Notes: a model not told the origin generated them from the letters alone. A stretch of DNA of 64,000 nucleotides from the human T2T-CHM13v2.0 reference genome, Homo sapiens (GCF_009914755.1 NC_060943.1), one strand, 5' to 3'; shown: positions 31,880 through 49,773, counted from the first letter of the stretch. Numbers and translations: made by a program.

Positions 31880-33320
31880 TGACAAGAATAGATTTTACAA
31901 CAAGAAGCTTTACTAGAGATAAAGAGGAATAGTTTATAATAAAAAGATCAATTCACCAGTAAGATATAACAGTTCTGAATTTATATGCCTTCATAAAATG
32001 GCTTCAAATATATTTGACATAACTAAAAGAAGTAGTAGATAAATCACAATCTTAGTGGGGAGTTTTTAGCACTCTTCTCAATAGCTGACAGAACAAGTGA
32101 CAAACCCAATAAAGCTATATGGTATTTGAACAGTGTGATTGACAAGCTTGACCTGATTGATATGTATAGAACAGTGTACCTTACAACTACATAATATACT
32201 TGCTTTTCAAATGCATATGAGACATTTATCCAAATTGATCATATGCTGGGCCACAAAGGGAGTCTCAATAAATTTCAAAGGAATGAAATAATACTGTAAC
32301 TTTCCTGACCACAGTAGGTTAAGCTAGAAGTCAATAACAAGAAGATAATTGGAAATATCCCAGCCAGGTGTGGTGACTCATGCCTGTAATCCCAGCACTT
32401 TAGGAAACCGAGGCAGGAGGATTGCTTGAACCCAGAAGTTTTAGGCCACCCTGGGCAATATAGCAAGACCCCATTTCTAAATTTAAAAAAACAAAAATTA
32501 AAGAAATATCCCAATGTTTGGGATTTAAGCAATGTATTTATAAATAACTGGTGACTCAAAGAATAAATTGTGATAGATATTTAAAATATTTTAAACTGAG
32601 TGATAATGAAAAATAACATACCAAAATTATGTTTCTAAAGCTGAATATGAGGAAAATATATAGCTGTAAATGCATATGTTAGAAAAAAATGAATGTTGGC
32701 CGGGCGCAGTGGCTCACACCTGTAATCCCAGCACTTTGGGAGGCCCAGGCTGGTGGATCACGAGGTCAGGAGTTCAAGACTAGCCTGGCCAAGATGGTGA
32801 AACCCCATCTCTACTAAAAATACAAAAAAAAGTAGCCAGGTATGGTGGCGGGCACCTGTAATCTCAGCTACTCAGGAGGCTGAGGCAGAGAGTTGCTTGA
32901 ACCTGGGAGGCAGAGGTTGCAGTGAGCCAAGATCGCGCCACTGCACTCCAGCCTGGGCGGCAGAGTGAGGCTCCATCTCAGAAAAAAAAAAGAAAAAAAT
33001 TAATGTTGAAAAATTAATGATCTATGTATTCATCTCAAGAAGCTAAGGAAAAGTCTAGAAAGTTAAACCCCCAAAATTAAAATCTAGGAAATAATAAGAA
33101 TAAAAGCCCAAATATAAAATTTTTAGTTTATTTGGTATTGCATATATTTAAGGTGTACGTGTTTTGCTGTACATAACGAACATATATTGAAATACAAAAT
33201 GAATGTACAGTGAAGAAAACTAACAAAGGCAAAAGCTTATTTTTGGGAATTAATAAAATTAATAAATCTCTAACAAAACTTAAAATATGAAGTAACACAA
33301 AAATTGCCAATATCTGATAA
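31880..33320 (+). mobile_element. Old L1M ORF2 fragment (endonuclease region) with inserted Alus
   Basis: aaagatcaattcaccagtaagatataacagttctgaatttatatgcc...atatgctgggccacaaagggagtctcaataaattt. Confidence 0.8.
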
Positions 33321-33481
33321 GAGGAAAATTAAACCAACCACAGACTTAACTTAAAGGCTGAGGGCTCAATTAATTAATTAGTGTTTGGTACCTGGGACTT
33401 GGTTCCACAAAATAAGCTCATTGGAATCTGAGCCACTGATCATTATACTGGGTCCCTTTTTATACTTCATTGAACATGTAG

Positions 33482-33712
<231 letters not shown>

Positions 33713-33763
33713 TAAAAGACAATGTAAAATTTACCATCTTAATCTTTGTTTTTTTTTTTTTAG

Positions 33764-33949
<186 letters not shown>

Positions 33950-34066
33950 TGAGGCTGGTCTTGAACTCTTGACCTCGTGATCACCTGCCTTGGCCTCCCA
34001 AAGTGGTGGGATTACAGGCATGAGCCACTACGCCTGGCCATCTTAATAATTTTTTTTTTGAGATGA

Positions 34067-34168
<102 letters not shown>

Positions 34169-34696
34169 TAGCTGGGAATACAGGCATGTGCCACCAAGCC
34201 CAGGTAATTTTGTATTTTTAGTAGAGACAGGGTTTCTCCATGTTGGTCAGGCTGGTCCCGAACTCCCGACCTCAGGTGATCCACCTGCCTTGGCCTCCCA
34301 AAGTGCTGGGATTACAGGTGTGAACCACCACACCAAGCTAATCATTTTTAAATGTACATTCCAGTGTTAAGTATATTCATATTGTACAATAGATCTTTAG
34401 AACTTTTTCATCTTGCAAACTGAATTATAACTATTAAGCTACAATGTCCCATTTCCCTCTTTCCCCAGCCCCTGGCAGCCACTGTTCTACTTTCTGTTTC
34501 TATGAGTTTGACTACCTTAGATACCTCTGTAAGTGGAATCATTTATAATAGTATTTGTCTTTTTGTGACTGGCTTCTTTCCAGTCACAATACCCCAAGAT
34601 AGAAAGGGGATTCACTGCAGTTAGTCAGTAGACACACACAAACCCAAGTAGTAACGGGATACAATATAATAATGAATTAGTTGAATGCTTTGATAA

Positions 34697-34981
<285 letters not shown>

Positions 34982-36079
34982 TAAAATATTTTTAACTTCC
35001 ATTGCAATTTATTCTTTGAACCACCAGTTATTTATAAATACATTGCTTGAATCCCTGACTTAGCATAATGTCCTCAGGGTTCAAACATGTAGCATGTGAC
35101 AGGACTTACTTTTTTGTAGTTGTTTATTTGTTTTAATATGCTTTATTTTTTAGGGTACTTTTAGGTTCACAGTAAAATTGAGCAGAAGGTACAGAGATTT
35201 CCCATACACGTCTTTCCCCCACACGTATGGTCTCCCCCATCATCAACATCCTCCACCAGAGTGGTACATTTATTACAACTAATGAACCCACATGGACACT
35301 CAGAGTCTATAGTTTACATTAGGGTTCACTCCTGGTGTTACACATCCAGGGGTTTGGACAAATGTGTAATGACATTTATCTCCATTATGATGTCATCCAC
35401 ATTAATTCCATTGCTCTAAAAGGCCTCTGTGCCCTGACTGATCCTCCCTCCCTGTCAACTCCTAATCTTTTTATTGTCTCCATAGTTTTGCCTTTTCCAG
35501 AATGTTGTAATCATACAGTATGTAGTCTTTTTGAATTGGCTTCTTTCACTTAGCAATGTGCATTTAAGTTTCCTAAGCTGTTGATCATGAGACTGAGTCC
35601 CTTTTTATACTTCAACAGACATGTAAGTTTCTATTTTTAATATAGATTTTAATTTTTGTAAGTTCATTTATTGGACAAGATGTGTGCTTTAAATTTTTGC
35701 ATGGTGAAATCTGCAGTTTCACTATAAGATATATTGACCTGGGGTAGTCGTATTTTTAAAATTTATTTATTTATTCTTTTTTTGAGATGTAGTCTTGCTC
35801 TGTTGCCAGGCTAGAATGCAGTGGTACGATCTCAGCTCACTGCAACCTCCGCCTCCTGGTCCTCCTGCCTCAGCCTCCCAAGTAGCTGCGACTACAGGCG
35901 TGCGTCACCATGCCCAGCTAATTTTTGTATTTTTAGTAAAGACAGAATTTCACCATGTTGGCCAGGATGGTCTTGATCTGTTGACCTCGTGATCTGCCCG
36001 CCTCGGCCTCCCAAAGTGCTGGGATTACAGGCATGAGCCACTGCACCCAGCCAGGCTTTTTTTTTTTTTTTTTTTTTGA

Positions 36080-36238
<159 letters not shown>

Positions 36239-36457
36239 TAGTAGAGACGGGGTTTCTCTGTGTTGGTCGGGCTGGTCTTGAACTCCCGACCTCGGGTGAT
36301 CAGCCTGCCTCGGCCTCCCAAAGTGCTGGGATTACAGGCATGAGCCACCGCGCCCAGCCATCCGGCCAGGCATTTTTTAAAAAACTTAAATCTCCCTTGT
36401 TAATATCACTATATAATTATTAGGGGTTTAATATTGCTAATAGAATGTTTACTTCCT

Positions 36458-37489
36458 AGGCGATACCAGCCCTGCAGGGCCTGTGGGATTTTCTCTTTGT
36501 GTGTGGAGACGAGAGATTGTAGAAATAAAGACCCAAGACAGAGATAGAAGAAAAGACAGCTGGGCCTGAGGGACCACTATCACCAAGACACAGAGACCGG
36601 TATTGGCCCCGAATGCCTGGTCGCGCTGTTATTTATTGTGTATAAGGCAAAGGGGCAGGGTATGGAGTGAGAGTCATCTCCAGTGATCGGTAAGGTCGCG
36701 TGAGTCACGTGTCCACCAGACAGGGGGCCCTTCCCTATTTGGTAGCCGAGGCAGAGAGAGAGAGGGGACAGTTTACGTCATAATTTTTTAAATGTATTTT
36801 AAAGACTTTAGTTTTGTTACTGTCAAACAAAATTTGTAACTAATTTTGTTACTGTTATTTAGAAGGCAGAGCCAGGTGTACAGGGCGGAACATGAAAGCG
36901 GACCAGGAGCGTGACCGCTGAAGCACAGCATCACAGGAAGACAGGCCTCTGGATGGCTGTGGGCGGGCCTGACTAACGTCAGGCGTTTTTACAAGAGATG
37001 GTGGAGCAGAGTGTTTTTTAACTCCCCCAGGGAAAGGGAGACTCCTTTTCCCGGTCTGTTAAGTAACGGGTGCCTTCCCAGTTACTGGCGCTACCGCTAG
37101 ACCAAGGTCGGCTAAGTAACAGGTGCCTTCCCAGGTACTGGCGTTACCGGTAGACCAAGGAGCCCTCTAGTGGCCCAGTCTGGGCATAACAGAGGGCTCG
37201 CATTTTTGTTTTTTGGTCACTTTTTATCGTGTCCCTTTAGTTTTTATCTCTGTACTGTGTTCCTTTAGTTTCTATCTCTGTATGGCTTGGGTTTTTTTAG
37301 GTTATAATTGTAGAACAAAGATTATTATTGGAATAAAGAGTAATGCTACAAACTAATGATTAATATTTATATATAATTATAATTTATTTTTAGTATAACT
37401 ATTTTTATTCTATATATTTTCTTTATTATACTAAAACAGCTTGTGCCCTTGGTCTCTTCCCTTAACACCTGGGTGGCTTGCCGCCCAGA
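36458..37489 (-). mobile_element. LTR13 solo LTR (ERVK class), ~1 kb, antisense within a ZNF383 intron
   Basis: Reverse complement begins TGGGCGGCAAGCCACCCAGGTG...GCACAAGCTG...AGTATAATAAA, as in recalled LTR13; length is about full-size. Confidence 0.85.
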
Positions 37490-38119
37490 GTATGCAATAA
37501 GCTCTCATTTGGAACATTCAGCTAATTTGTTATTTTATTGTATCCCATTTCTACTTGGTTTTGTGTGTGTCTACTAACTGCAGTGAATCCCCTTTTCATC
37601 TTGGGATATTGTGTGAGGCCACTGTTGTGATGGGTCCTTCTGGCTTTGGTACAGTTTTTCCTTTTTCTGGGACTAACTGGCTTTTTCAAAGTTCCCGAGT
37701 TTATTCTTTTTGTCTTGGGTAGATGGAAACAAGCCACTAATACTAGAACTATAAAAAACAGGATAAGAAAAGAACACATATATAATCCTTCTCTAATTAT
37801 TGTATGTAAAAAAAAATTATTTTATTCGCCCACCTTTTTTGTGCACTTTATAACAATTTTTTTCTTACATATTATTATGGACTTAGAGCATTTCATAGCT
37901 ATTTCAACTGACTGATAGCTGTTAAAGACTCTATCACAGTGTGGAGGAGTGGCAGAAGTATTCTGTTTATTGTTGTGTAAGTTTTCATTAGTTGGCTAAT
38001 GGGATCCCCTTTTAGGAGACTCTTAAAAGGAGTTCTTTCAGCACAGATATTTTTAAAAACAGCCTCACCTTTTGGCAATGGCAAAAGGTTGAATTTTTTT
38101 TTTTTTTTTTTTTTTTTGA

Positions 38120-38809
<690 letters not shown>

Positions 38810-39399
38810 TAGGGGTGGATGCGGGTGTTGTGTGTGTGCATGTGGTGAGTGAAGTTGACTTTTTGAGGGTTGAGAAACAAAAAGACTTGATTAGGGAAGT
38901 CTTTGGTCTTTCTGATCTGAGTGCACTGTGTTCCTGGCCAAAGGGCACCATTTGTGTGAGTCTGGTTTGGGGACCTGAGGGCTGCAAAGGAGGTCATGGT
39001 AGCTCAGTCTTGGGTCATAGTAGGTCATTAGCTCAGGGCAGACCATAATAGCTCAATCATGGGTTCAGAGCAACATCACTGAGGTGGGACAAGGTCTGGC
39101 CCGAATCCGTTGGCTAAGGCAGGAACTTAGGTTGTTTGCATGAGGGAGAATGAATCTGAGTCCTTGTCTTGCTGCAGCTAAAGCCTGAGGTTTGTAGGAT
39201 TGAGGAAGGAGTAGGATTTGTTCCATATTCCTACTAACTGGAGTTGTATCTCAAGACCAAGAAATATGGAGGTGGTTTTATCTGACCTCTAGTGTGATTT
39301 CTAGAGGGTTTTACTTCCCCAGTCATGCAACCTCAGAACACTGTCCTTTTTCAGGAGAACGGCCTCAAGGAAGACTAACCATCTGCAATACTAGAAGCC

Positions 39400-39408
39400 A
39401 TGGCTGAG
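39400..39408 (+). CDS. ZNF383: ZNF383 start segment (MAE) within exon 39355-39408
   Basis: ctttttcag|GAGAAC...GAAGCCATGGCTGAG|gtgagt: strong Kozak context and a phase-0 donor. Confidence 0.9.
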
Positions 39409-41993
39409 GTGAGTTGATGCTTTTTCTTGCCTTCCTGACATTTAGTTTAAAAAAAAAAAAAAGACATGAGCATTTGCTTTCCTTATCCTGACATTTCTGG
39501 CTAACAGAGTTCCCCTTCAGAATCCTTGTCCCCATTTTTTCTTAGCTAGATAATCCTATACCATCTCTAAGTATCCCTTTTATTTTTATAAATCAACCAG
39601 CATTAATATTTTCATTCCGTAAATACCTGAGCATCTCTTTTTCTGAACTCTTTCCCAAGGACTATGATAGGGGATGAATTATCTCAAGGAAGCAAGAATA
39701 GATTTGTAAAATGAAGTTACCCTGTCTGGACCATTATTTGATGAGTTGAAGGTGTGAGTTACTTAGCTGGAAATATAGACAAGCCAAGATTATCTCTACA
39801 GAGTAGCATTCTCCAGTAAGATAGGATGAAGTGTGGTGCTGGTAGTTCCAAATGTTGGATTGTTGCAAGATCTGGTTTAGGCACCTTTGGGGATCATGGG
39901 GTTGGTGGCTGATACAGAGCTCTGCAACTCTGTAAGAACATCCTGGAGAGAAGTCCAATTTCAGGTTGGATAGGAAGTTTGGATTGTAAGGAATTTCTGT
40001 GAATCATTGAGTTTTCTGTATCTCAGAATTAAGGATAGTGATAATGGATGTTTACAATGGTTCAGCCAATGCATAAGTCATGTGGATCACACTGTCAGAG
40101 CTCAGAAGAACCTTTTAAGTCTTATCCAGTAATATCTGTATTGTAGAAAATTCTACCAGAAAAATAATTATTAAAGAATTTGTAAAACGCCAGGTGCAGT
40201 GGCTCATGCCTGTAATCTCAGCACTTTGGGAAGCAGAGGCAGGCGGATCACCTGAGGTCAGGAGTTAGAGACTGGGCTGGCCAACATGGTGAAACCCCAT
40301 CTCTACTAAAAATACAGAAAATTAGCCAGGTGTGGTGGCACATTCCTGTAGTCCCAGCTACTTGGGAGGCTGAGGCAGGAGAATCCTTGAACCTGGGAGG
40401 CAGAAATTGCAGTGAGCCAAGATCACACCACTGTACTCCAGCCTGAGCAACATCTCAAAAAAATAAAAATAAATAAAATAACTTTACATATAACTTTATA
40501 TATCTTTTTCGTAGCTTTGATTGATGCTCTAAGATCACATGGGGGTAGTTTAGAATATATTAGATGAAGGACAGCTTTGGACATAACACAGACCAAGAGT
40601 TGAGAACTTTTGCATCAGGCACAAGCAAACTGATTATAGTTGTGTTATACCAGATCATGTAGCTGCTGTGTAACGTGACCTTAAATAGTCTTCCTGCATA
40701 GGACGAGCAAAAGGGGATGATTCATCAATAGGATAGAGATTTAAGACATTCTCTGGCTACCCCTTGCATTGTTAGGTGATGTCTTTTAGCAGAATTATGA
40801 AGACCTTTTTCTCCCTTAATAAAGGAGAAAAACTGATGGCCTGAGAAATCTTTCTCTGCTTTTCAATTTTATGAATTTTTTCAGAAGTTATAAGACTATT
40901 ACTGAATTTTTACTTATTTGATAAACATTAACTATTTTTGTTTTGGTCAGATAAATTATTGACAAAACTAATTAGTATTTTTTTATAAGTAAAACATTTT
41001 CCTTTTTTCCTCAAAAAGGTTTTTTTGTTTTTTTTTTTTGAGACGGAGTCTCACTCTGTCGCCTAGGCTAGAGTGCAGTGGCACGATCTCGGCTCACTGC
41101 AACCTCCGCCTCCCAGGTTCAAGCAATTCTCTGCCTCAGCCTCTCGAGTAGCTGTGACCACAGGCCCCTGCCACCACGCCTGGCTAATTTTTTCGGTTTT
41201 AGTAGAGACTGGGTTTCATCATGTTGGCCAGACTGGTCTTGAACTCCTGACCTCGGGATCCACCCACCTTCGCAAAGTGCTGGGATTACAGGTGTGAGCC
41301 ACCATGCCCGGCCAAAAATGTTTTTTTCACGTAGGTCTATATAGCTAACTGGTAGACCAGAGAATTACCTCATCTTATTTTGGTTTTATACCAATAAAAT
41401 ATATCTTGGATACTCAATAAATAAATACTCAAAAAATAAAAAAATAAGGTCATGATGCATAATTTTATTAGGATGCACATCGTATCTGGTTCTCTTTCTT
41501 TTTGTAATATTACCAGTTATTGATAATTTTTAGATTCATTCACTAGGGGTTACAAGTGATCTTTTAATTCTGTCATTCTTCCTTCATAGATTAAGTGGAA
41601 TACGTCTATCTATAAAGTAAAACTTTCCCTCATCAATTGTTTGGTTACCCTGAAGGACAGTTCATATAGGAAAGAAGAATGTTTGATTCTTTCCATTTAA
41701 TTACCAGTTTTCCAAATAATGAGTTGGCTTCTTAGACTTGTCCAAAAGTGACCAATAATGTTTTAAAATAGTGTTGTGAACTCATGGATTAAACATTTTT
41801 AATATGATCAGTCCGTTGCAGTTGTCCATATAATTTGATGTGCAACCAATCCTAGTGAACACGTATTATTCTCTTTTATAATGCTATTGTATTATATTCT
41901 CTTATTTTTTTTTTAATCCTCTTGATTTCTCTGCAGAAAATAGGGAAATTCATCAAACACAATGGAAAGTTTCCTTGGAAGATTATTATCTAG

Positions 41994-42257
<264 letters not shown>

Positions 42258-42316
42258 TAGTAGAGACAGGGTTTCACTGTGTTAGCCAGGATGGTCTTGA
42301 TCTCCTGACCTCATGA

Positions 42317-42610
<294 letters not shown>

Positions 42611-42805
42611 TGATCCGCCCGCCTCAGCCTCCCAAAGTGCTGGGATTACCAGTGTGAGCCACCACACCGGGCCTGGGATTTGTTTTTAATCCTATGGGAA
42701 ATGTCCTAATAGGGCTTTGGCATATCTTTGTTCCAATTTCTACATTGAGGAGGGGAAGAAGCTTTCTTTTTATTAAATAAAATACACATCTTTTTATTTT
42801 TTTAA

Positions 42806-42988
<183 letters not shown>

Positions 42989-43999
42989 TAGTAAAGACGG
43001 GGTTTCTCCATGTTGGTCAGGCTGGTCTTGAACTCCTGACCTCAGATGATCCACCCACCTCGGCCTCCCAAAGTGCTGGGATTAGAGGCATCAGCCACCA
43101 CGCACGGCCCACATCTATTTTATTAAATAGGTGCCTCAAGCATTAGTTGCTAATGAAACAGAAATACAAATGAAACATCTAAATATCCAAATACCACATT
43201 TTCTCTAGATTTCCCCCAAAATGTGCCTCATCTCCCTGTACTTTTACATAATATTTCTAGTATCTTCATTTTGTTAGTTTTGCAATGTCACTGTCAAGAT
43301 AGAATTATTTGATGGCTTAAGACAACTTTTATTTTATTTTATTTTATTTTTTGAGACAGAGTCTTGCTCTGTTGCCCAGGCTGGAGTGCAGTGGCGCGAT
43401 CTCGGCTCAGTGCAAGCTCCGCCTCCCGGATTCACGCCACTCTCCTGCCTCAGCCTCCTGAGTAGCTGAGGACTACAGGCGCCCGCCACCACGCCTGGCT
43501 AATTTTTTTGTATTTTTAGTAGAGACAGGGTTTCACCGTGTTAGCCAGGATGGTCTCGATCTCCTGACCTCGCGATCAGCCCGCCTTGGCCTCCCAAAAT
43601 GCTGGGATTACAGGCATGAGCCACCACGCCCAGCCAACTTTTGTAAGATTTTCAAACTCTAAATTTATAAATCCTATTACAAAAAAAAATTATAATAATT
43701 TGACGTGCAAGTTGTAACAGTATTGGTCAGTGGGAGTATCTTCAAGTTGCCTCCTAGTCTTATCAGCATGATCCTAACAGTTTTTGGTTGCTTTCTTGCT
43801 TTTTGGTATAACAAGACGTTCAGACTCATCCTGTGCATTTTGTAAAAGTTGCTCTTGTGGATTTCGTGAAATCAGTTCTTTTCCCAAAGAACCTTGGTTT
43901 CTTTTATTTGAAAATGATATTTAGAAACCACAATCTAGGCTGGGTACAGTGGCTCATGTCGTAATCCCAGCACTTTGAGAGGCTGAGGCGGGCAGATCA

Positions 44000-44257
<258 letters not shown>

Positions 44258-44473
44258 CTAGGGATGCTCGTTGCTACTGGATTAGTCATTATTTCTAGGC
44301 CGTTTCAATGGACAGAGTCAGGAATTTGTTTAATATAAACTTCCTACTCTTGCATCTATTTCTGAAATCTAAAGATACAGGTTCTCAGTGACACCAATAT
44401 AATGACTCATTTTGTATTACCCCACAATACAAGCATCGTAGTCTCTGATACATTTTTTTAATTACACAAGTAA

Positions 44474-44713
<240 letters not shown>

Positions 44714-44920
44714 TGAATTTCTATTCTTTATTACCAAACAAATGGTTTGAGCTGAAATGAAAAGGAAGAGTGGGAAATTGGCAACTCCAGTGGGCTGTGG
44801 TTGAAGCTTCATCTTCATCTTTCTTTGGCTGTTCCTGTAGTGGCATCTCTTCCTGTGATCATCAAGGGACTGGATCTCCTTTACCCCCAGCATAACCATG
44901 TTCCATATCTTTTCTCGTGA

Positions 44921-45025
<105 letters not shown>

Positions 45026-45536
45026 TGAGAAATGACCGGACAGGAGAAAGTCACGATAGGTCAGAACTCAGCTGGTCAGGGAGGAAACAGCACCTTTGAG
45101 ATGTTATCCCTGAAGCTCCCATCAAGAAACTAGGCCAGTGGAGAAAATGAAGTCCTTTTAGCATAGTTGTTAAATAACCTGTTTCGCCCTTTTCCTCACT
45201 TACCACTATTTCTACTACTCCTCTCCAATCCTCCTCTTAATTTCAAGCAGAAGGTACCTTTTACTTCTCTAAAAAAAACCCTATTTTACCCGTATTTTAG
45301 ATTCAGCTGCTTGCTAGCTTTTTTTACTCTCTCTCTTTTTTTTTCTTTTTTTTTAAAGGGTCTGGCTCTGTCACCCAGGCTAGAGTGCAGTGACATGATC
45401 ATAACTTATTGTAGGCTCAAACTTCTGGGCTTAGGCAGTCTCCCTGCCTCAGCCTTCCAAGTGGCTGGGACCGTAGGCCTGTGCCACCATGCCTGGCTAA
45501 TTCTTTTTCTTCTTCTGCATTTTTTTTTTTTTTTGA

Positions 45537-45734
<198 letters not shown>

Positions 45735-45898
45735 TGAACTCCTGACCTCATGATCTACCCGCCTCAGCCTCCCAAAGTGCTGGGATTACAGGCATGAGCC
45801 ACCGCGTCCGGCCCCTCTTCTGCATTTTTTAGACTTGTACAGGTGTTTTCTACTACCACTCCCCAAAATAATATAATTGCGTCTGTATACACACATGT

Positions 45899-45899
45899 G

Positions 45900-45944
<45 letters not shown>

Positions 45945-45960
45945 ACACACACACACACAC
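45899..45960. repeat. (CA)n microsatellite
   Basis: Seen directly. Confidence 0.97.
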
Positions 45961-46526
45961 CCCTTGCCCAAGTACTGGTCTTCATTATAGCTGCCTGTCA
46001 GTGACCTGTTTTATCAGACTGTCTTCAATGTTTCCTTTATGGAACGTTTTTTAATTTCCTGGTTTGTGTAAGGGAATCTTCCAGGTGCTACAGTTTACTA
46101 ATTGTGTTACCTTTACAAATTCAAGGTCCAAAAGTGGTGCTAAAATATATACATATATGACTTCCACAAAGTAGAGTAGTATAAAAGAGAAATGAGATAA
46201 GGAGTTTAGCAGAAAGTCAAAGGCTAACTATGTAGAAGTGGAATTAATCCCTATTGAAGTAGTAGGTGGAGCCTTGGAAGTGACTGCAATCACTATGTAT
46301 AGAGATATTGTTGGGGCCAAGAAAAAAAAAGGATCTGTGCCTATATTAAAAAGGAAGAGGTGGCAGAGCAGGAGAGATTTGGGATGAAGTAGGAGAACCA
46401 GAAGAGTACTTATTGAGCACTACTATGTACCAAGCATTGGTCCAAGGGCTGGGACTGTAGTATTCATGAAGGCATTCTAAAGTTCTGCACTTCTGAAGCC
46501 TACATTCTAGAGGGTAAGAGAGAAAA

Positions 46527-47175
46527 TGTCTTAGTCCATTTTGTGCTGTTACAGCAGAATACCTCACATCGAGTAATTTATAAAGAACAGACATTTATTT
46601 TCTCATAGATCTGGAGGCTAAGAATTCTAAGATCAAGGCACTGTCATCTGATGAGGGCCTTCTTGCATCTTCGTGTGGCAGAAGGCAGTAGGGCAAGAGA
46701 GCCAACTCCTTCCATCAAGCCCCTTCGTAAGAGCACCGAAACCCATCCTTGAGGGATGGGTCCTTGAAGCCCGATCATCTCTTAAAGGCCTCACCTCTTC
46801 GTTTTTGGAATTTTTTTTTTTTTTTTGAGACAGGGTCTCACTCTGTCACCCAGGCTGGAGTGCAGCGGCACAATCATGGCTCACCACAGCCTCAACCTCC
46901 CGGGCTCAGGTGATCCTCCCACCTCAGCCTCCCGAGTAGCTCGGCCCACAGGCACACGTCACCACGCCCAGCTAATTTTTCTATTTTTTGTAGAGACAGG
47001 GTTTCGCCATGTTGCCCAGGCTGGTCTCTAACTCCTGGGTTCAAGCGATCCACCCACCTTGGCCTCCCAAAGTGCTAGGATTAAAGGCTTGAGCCACTGT
47101 GTCTGGCCCCCACCTCTTAATACTATCACATTGGCAACAGCTGAATTTTGAAGGAGAGACATTCAAACCATAGCA
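46527..47175 (-). mobile_element. MST/MLT1A-type MaLR LTR split by an AluJ (46811-47109)
   Basis: tgtcttagtccattttgtgctg...cattcaaaccatagca; target duplication cacctctt on both sides of the Alu. Confidence 0.75.
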
Positions 47176-47789
47176 GAAGATAAACATGAATGTCAAGTAT
47201 ATATGTATAAAACAATATTAGCATGACATTAATATTATATGATATATAAATATTTTTAGAATTATATATCACTTACATTTATCTACATGTAACTAATATA
47301 TTGGTATAGTATAAATATATATCATATATTAATAATATTTCTATATTATTATATGTCCATGTGTATATGAAATGTCAGGTGGTGGGTGATAGATAAGTGC
47401 TGTGAAGAGAGGCTAGAGAGGGCCTCTCTGATGAGGTGTTCTTTTAGTGAAGACTTGAAGGAAGTGAGGGAACAGGTAATGTAAATATCTGCTAGGAGAG
47501 ATTCAGGCAAAGGGAACAGGAAGAGCCAAGTACTCGAGTTCAGAGCTTTTTGGCAGCCACCATTATGGCTGAAATTGAATGAGCAAAGCGGGAATTGTAG
47601 AAGAGGAGATCAGGAAAGTAGCAGGCTTATGAGTGTTTGCATGCTGGGTGCAGGTCAGGATGGGAGTTGGATGTACCTGTAGATGATTTTGGGTCTTGTG
47701 GACCTTGAATTTTACTCCGAATGAGGTGTAAATCCATTGAATGATTTAGCAGAGTGATATTATCATGTTTGCAAAGGATCATTCTTGCT

Positions 47790-48410
47790 CTAGGGGTTCC
47801 TAACTTTGGATTCCTTTAGGTAGAATTCAGGGAGTCCATGAACTTGGATGAGAAGAAAAAAATACATCTTTTTGGTTTTTTTTGAGACGGAGTCTCACTC
47901 TGTCACCCAGGCTTGAGTGCAGTGGTGTGATCTCAGCTCACTGTAGCCTCCACCCCGCAGGTTCAAGCGATTCTACTGCCTCAGCCTTCTGAGTAGCTGG
48001 GATTATAGGCGCCTGCCACTGCGCCCGGCTCATTTTTGTATTTTTAGTAGAGATGGGGTTTCACCATCTTTGCCAGGCTGGTCTTGAACTTGTGACCTCA
48101 TGATCCACCTGCCTTGGTCTCCCAAAGTGCTGGGATTACAGGCATGAACCACTGTGCCCAGACCAAAAATACATCTTTATATTTAATAACCTCTAATTGA
48201 GATATAACATTTCTTCCTATCGTGATGTATGGGACAAACCATAGTAGCAGTAGTAGTAGTAGTAGTTACTGTGACTTTGACATTAATGGAAATCACAGAT
48301 ACGTTCATATTATTTTACTGTTATTGTAGGCATATTGAAATATTTATGCTCATCACTACTTCAGAATTAATGTAGTACTAGGCTTGCCACTAGGTCTTGT
48401 TTAATGTTTT
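47790..48410. mobile_element. hAT-Charlie fragment (Charlie4/MER113-like) split by an Alu, within L2 remnants
   Basis: agaattcagggagtccatgaacttggatg...aaaatacatctt; TSD aaaaatacatctt around Alu 47868-48163. Confidence 0.55.
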
Positions 48411-48807
48411 ACTAGAGAAGAAAACTCCAGGCAGAGAGAAGAACCCCTGTGAAGGTTCTGATGGGGAAAAGCTTGGTGTGTTTGAAGGACTAAATGCCAG
48501 TGTTGGTGGGCCCCATGATCAAGTGGGAGTGGAGTGTGAGTCAGGGTTTGGATAGACAGGCAGGAGCCACAGCATTCAGCCTTTGCAGGAGATTGTAAGG
48601 AGTTCGGACTTTGAGCAGTGGAAACCTAAGCCAAATGATACTATTCCCTGAATAGATTAAAGGGTGAGAGAGCTTGGTGGGGAGACTGGTTGAGGAGGCT
48701 ACTTCACTGGTCTGGGTAAGAGTTGATTCTGGTTTGGAAGATGACATTGGCAGTGGAAGACAGAAGAGGGCAGTTTCAAAACTTTACTTGGGAGCTTAAC
48801 TAGATGA

Positions 48808-49205
<398 letters not shown>

Positions 49206-49773
49206 TCATTTTGATATCTTCAAACCATTTAATTTGCCTAATATCCCCATTTTTAGTAAGAAATTGTTTCATAATACCTGAACACTTTACTCCAAAACAT
49301 GTATATACATTTTCCTGTAACCCCCCAGTAATCATGAGTTAAGGATTATTGCCCTTTTACAGATGAAGAAATGGTAGCTTAGAGATTAAATAATTGCTTG
49401 TGAGCACACAACGATTAAGTATCAGAATTGGCAGTCAGCTCTCATCAATCTGCTTCTGGTTCCTGTTATCTTTCTATGGCAGTATGTTGTACTGTGTCTT
49501 AGTTTCTTTCCATCTTCCTTAAACTTTAGCTCCTTCTCTCTCATTCACTGTGGTGGTACATAAGCAAGTCTCCTCTCCCCTAAGATCAGCATCTCAAAAT
49601 TCCAAGGCAAACAATATTTCCATTGAATCCCCAGCACATAAAATAATTCTGAGTTTTCCTATCTGCCACTTACACACCTACATCAAATTAGTTCAATACA
49701 TTAGACTTACATCTGTCTCTTCCCTCATGTGAATAACCCGCTGTTACCAATTCCTTTTTTTTTGTTGTTTTGA

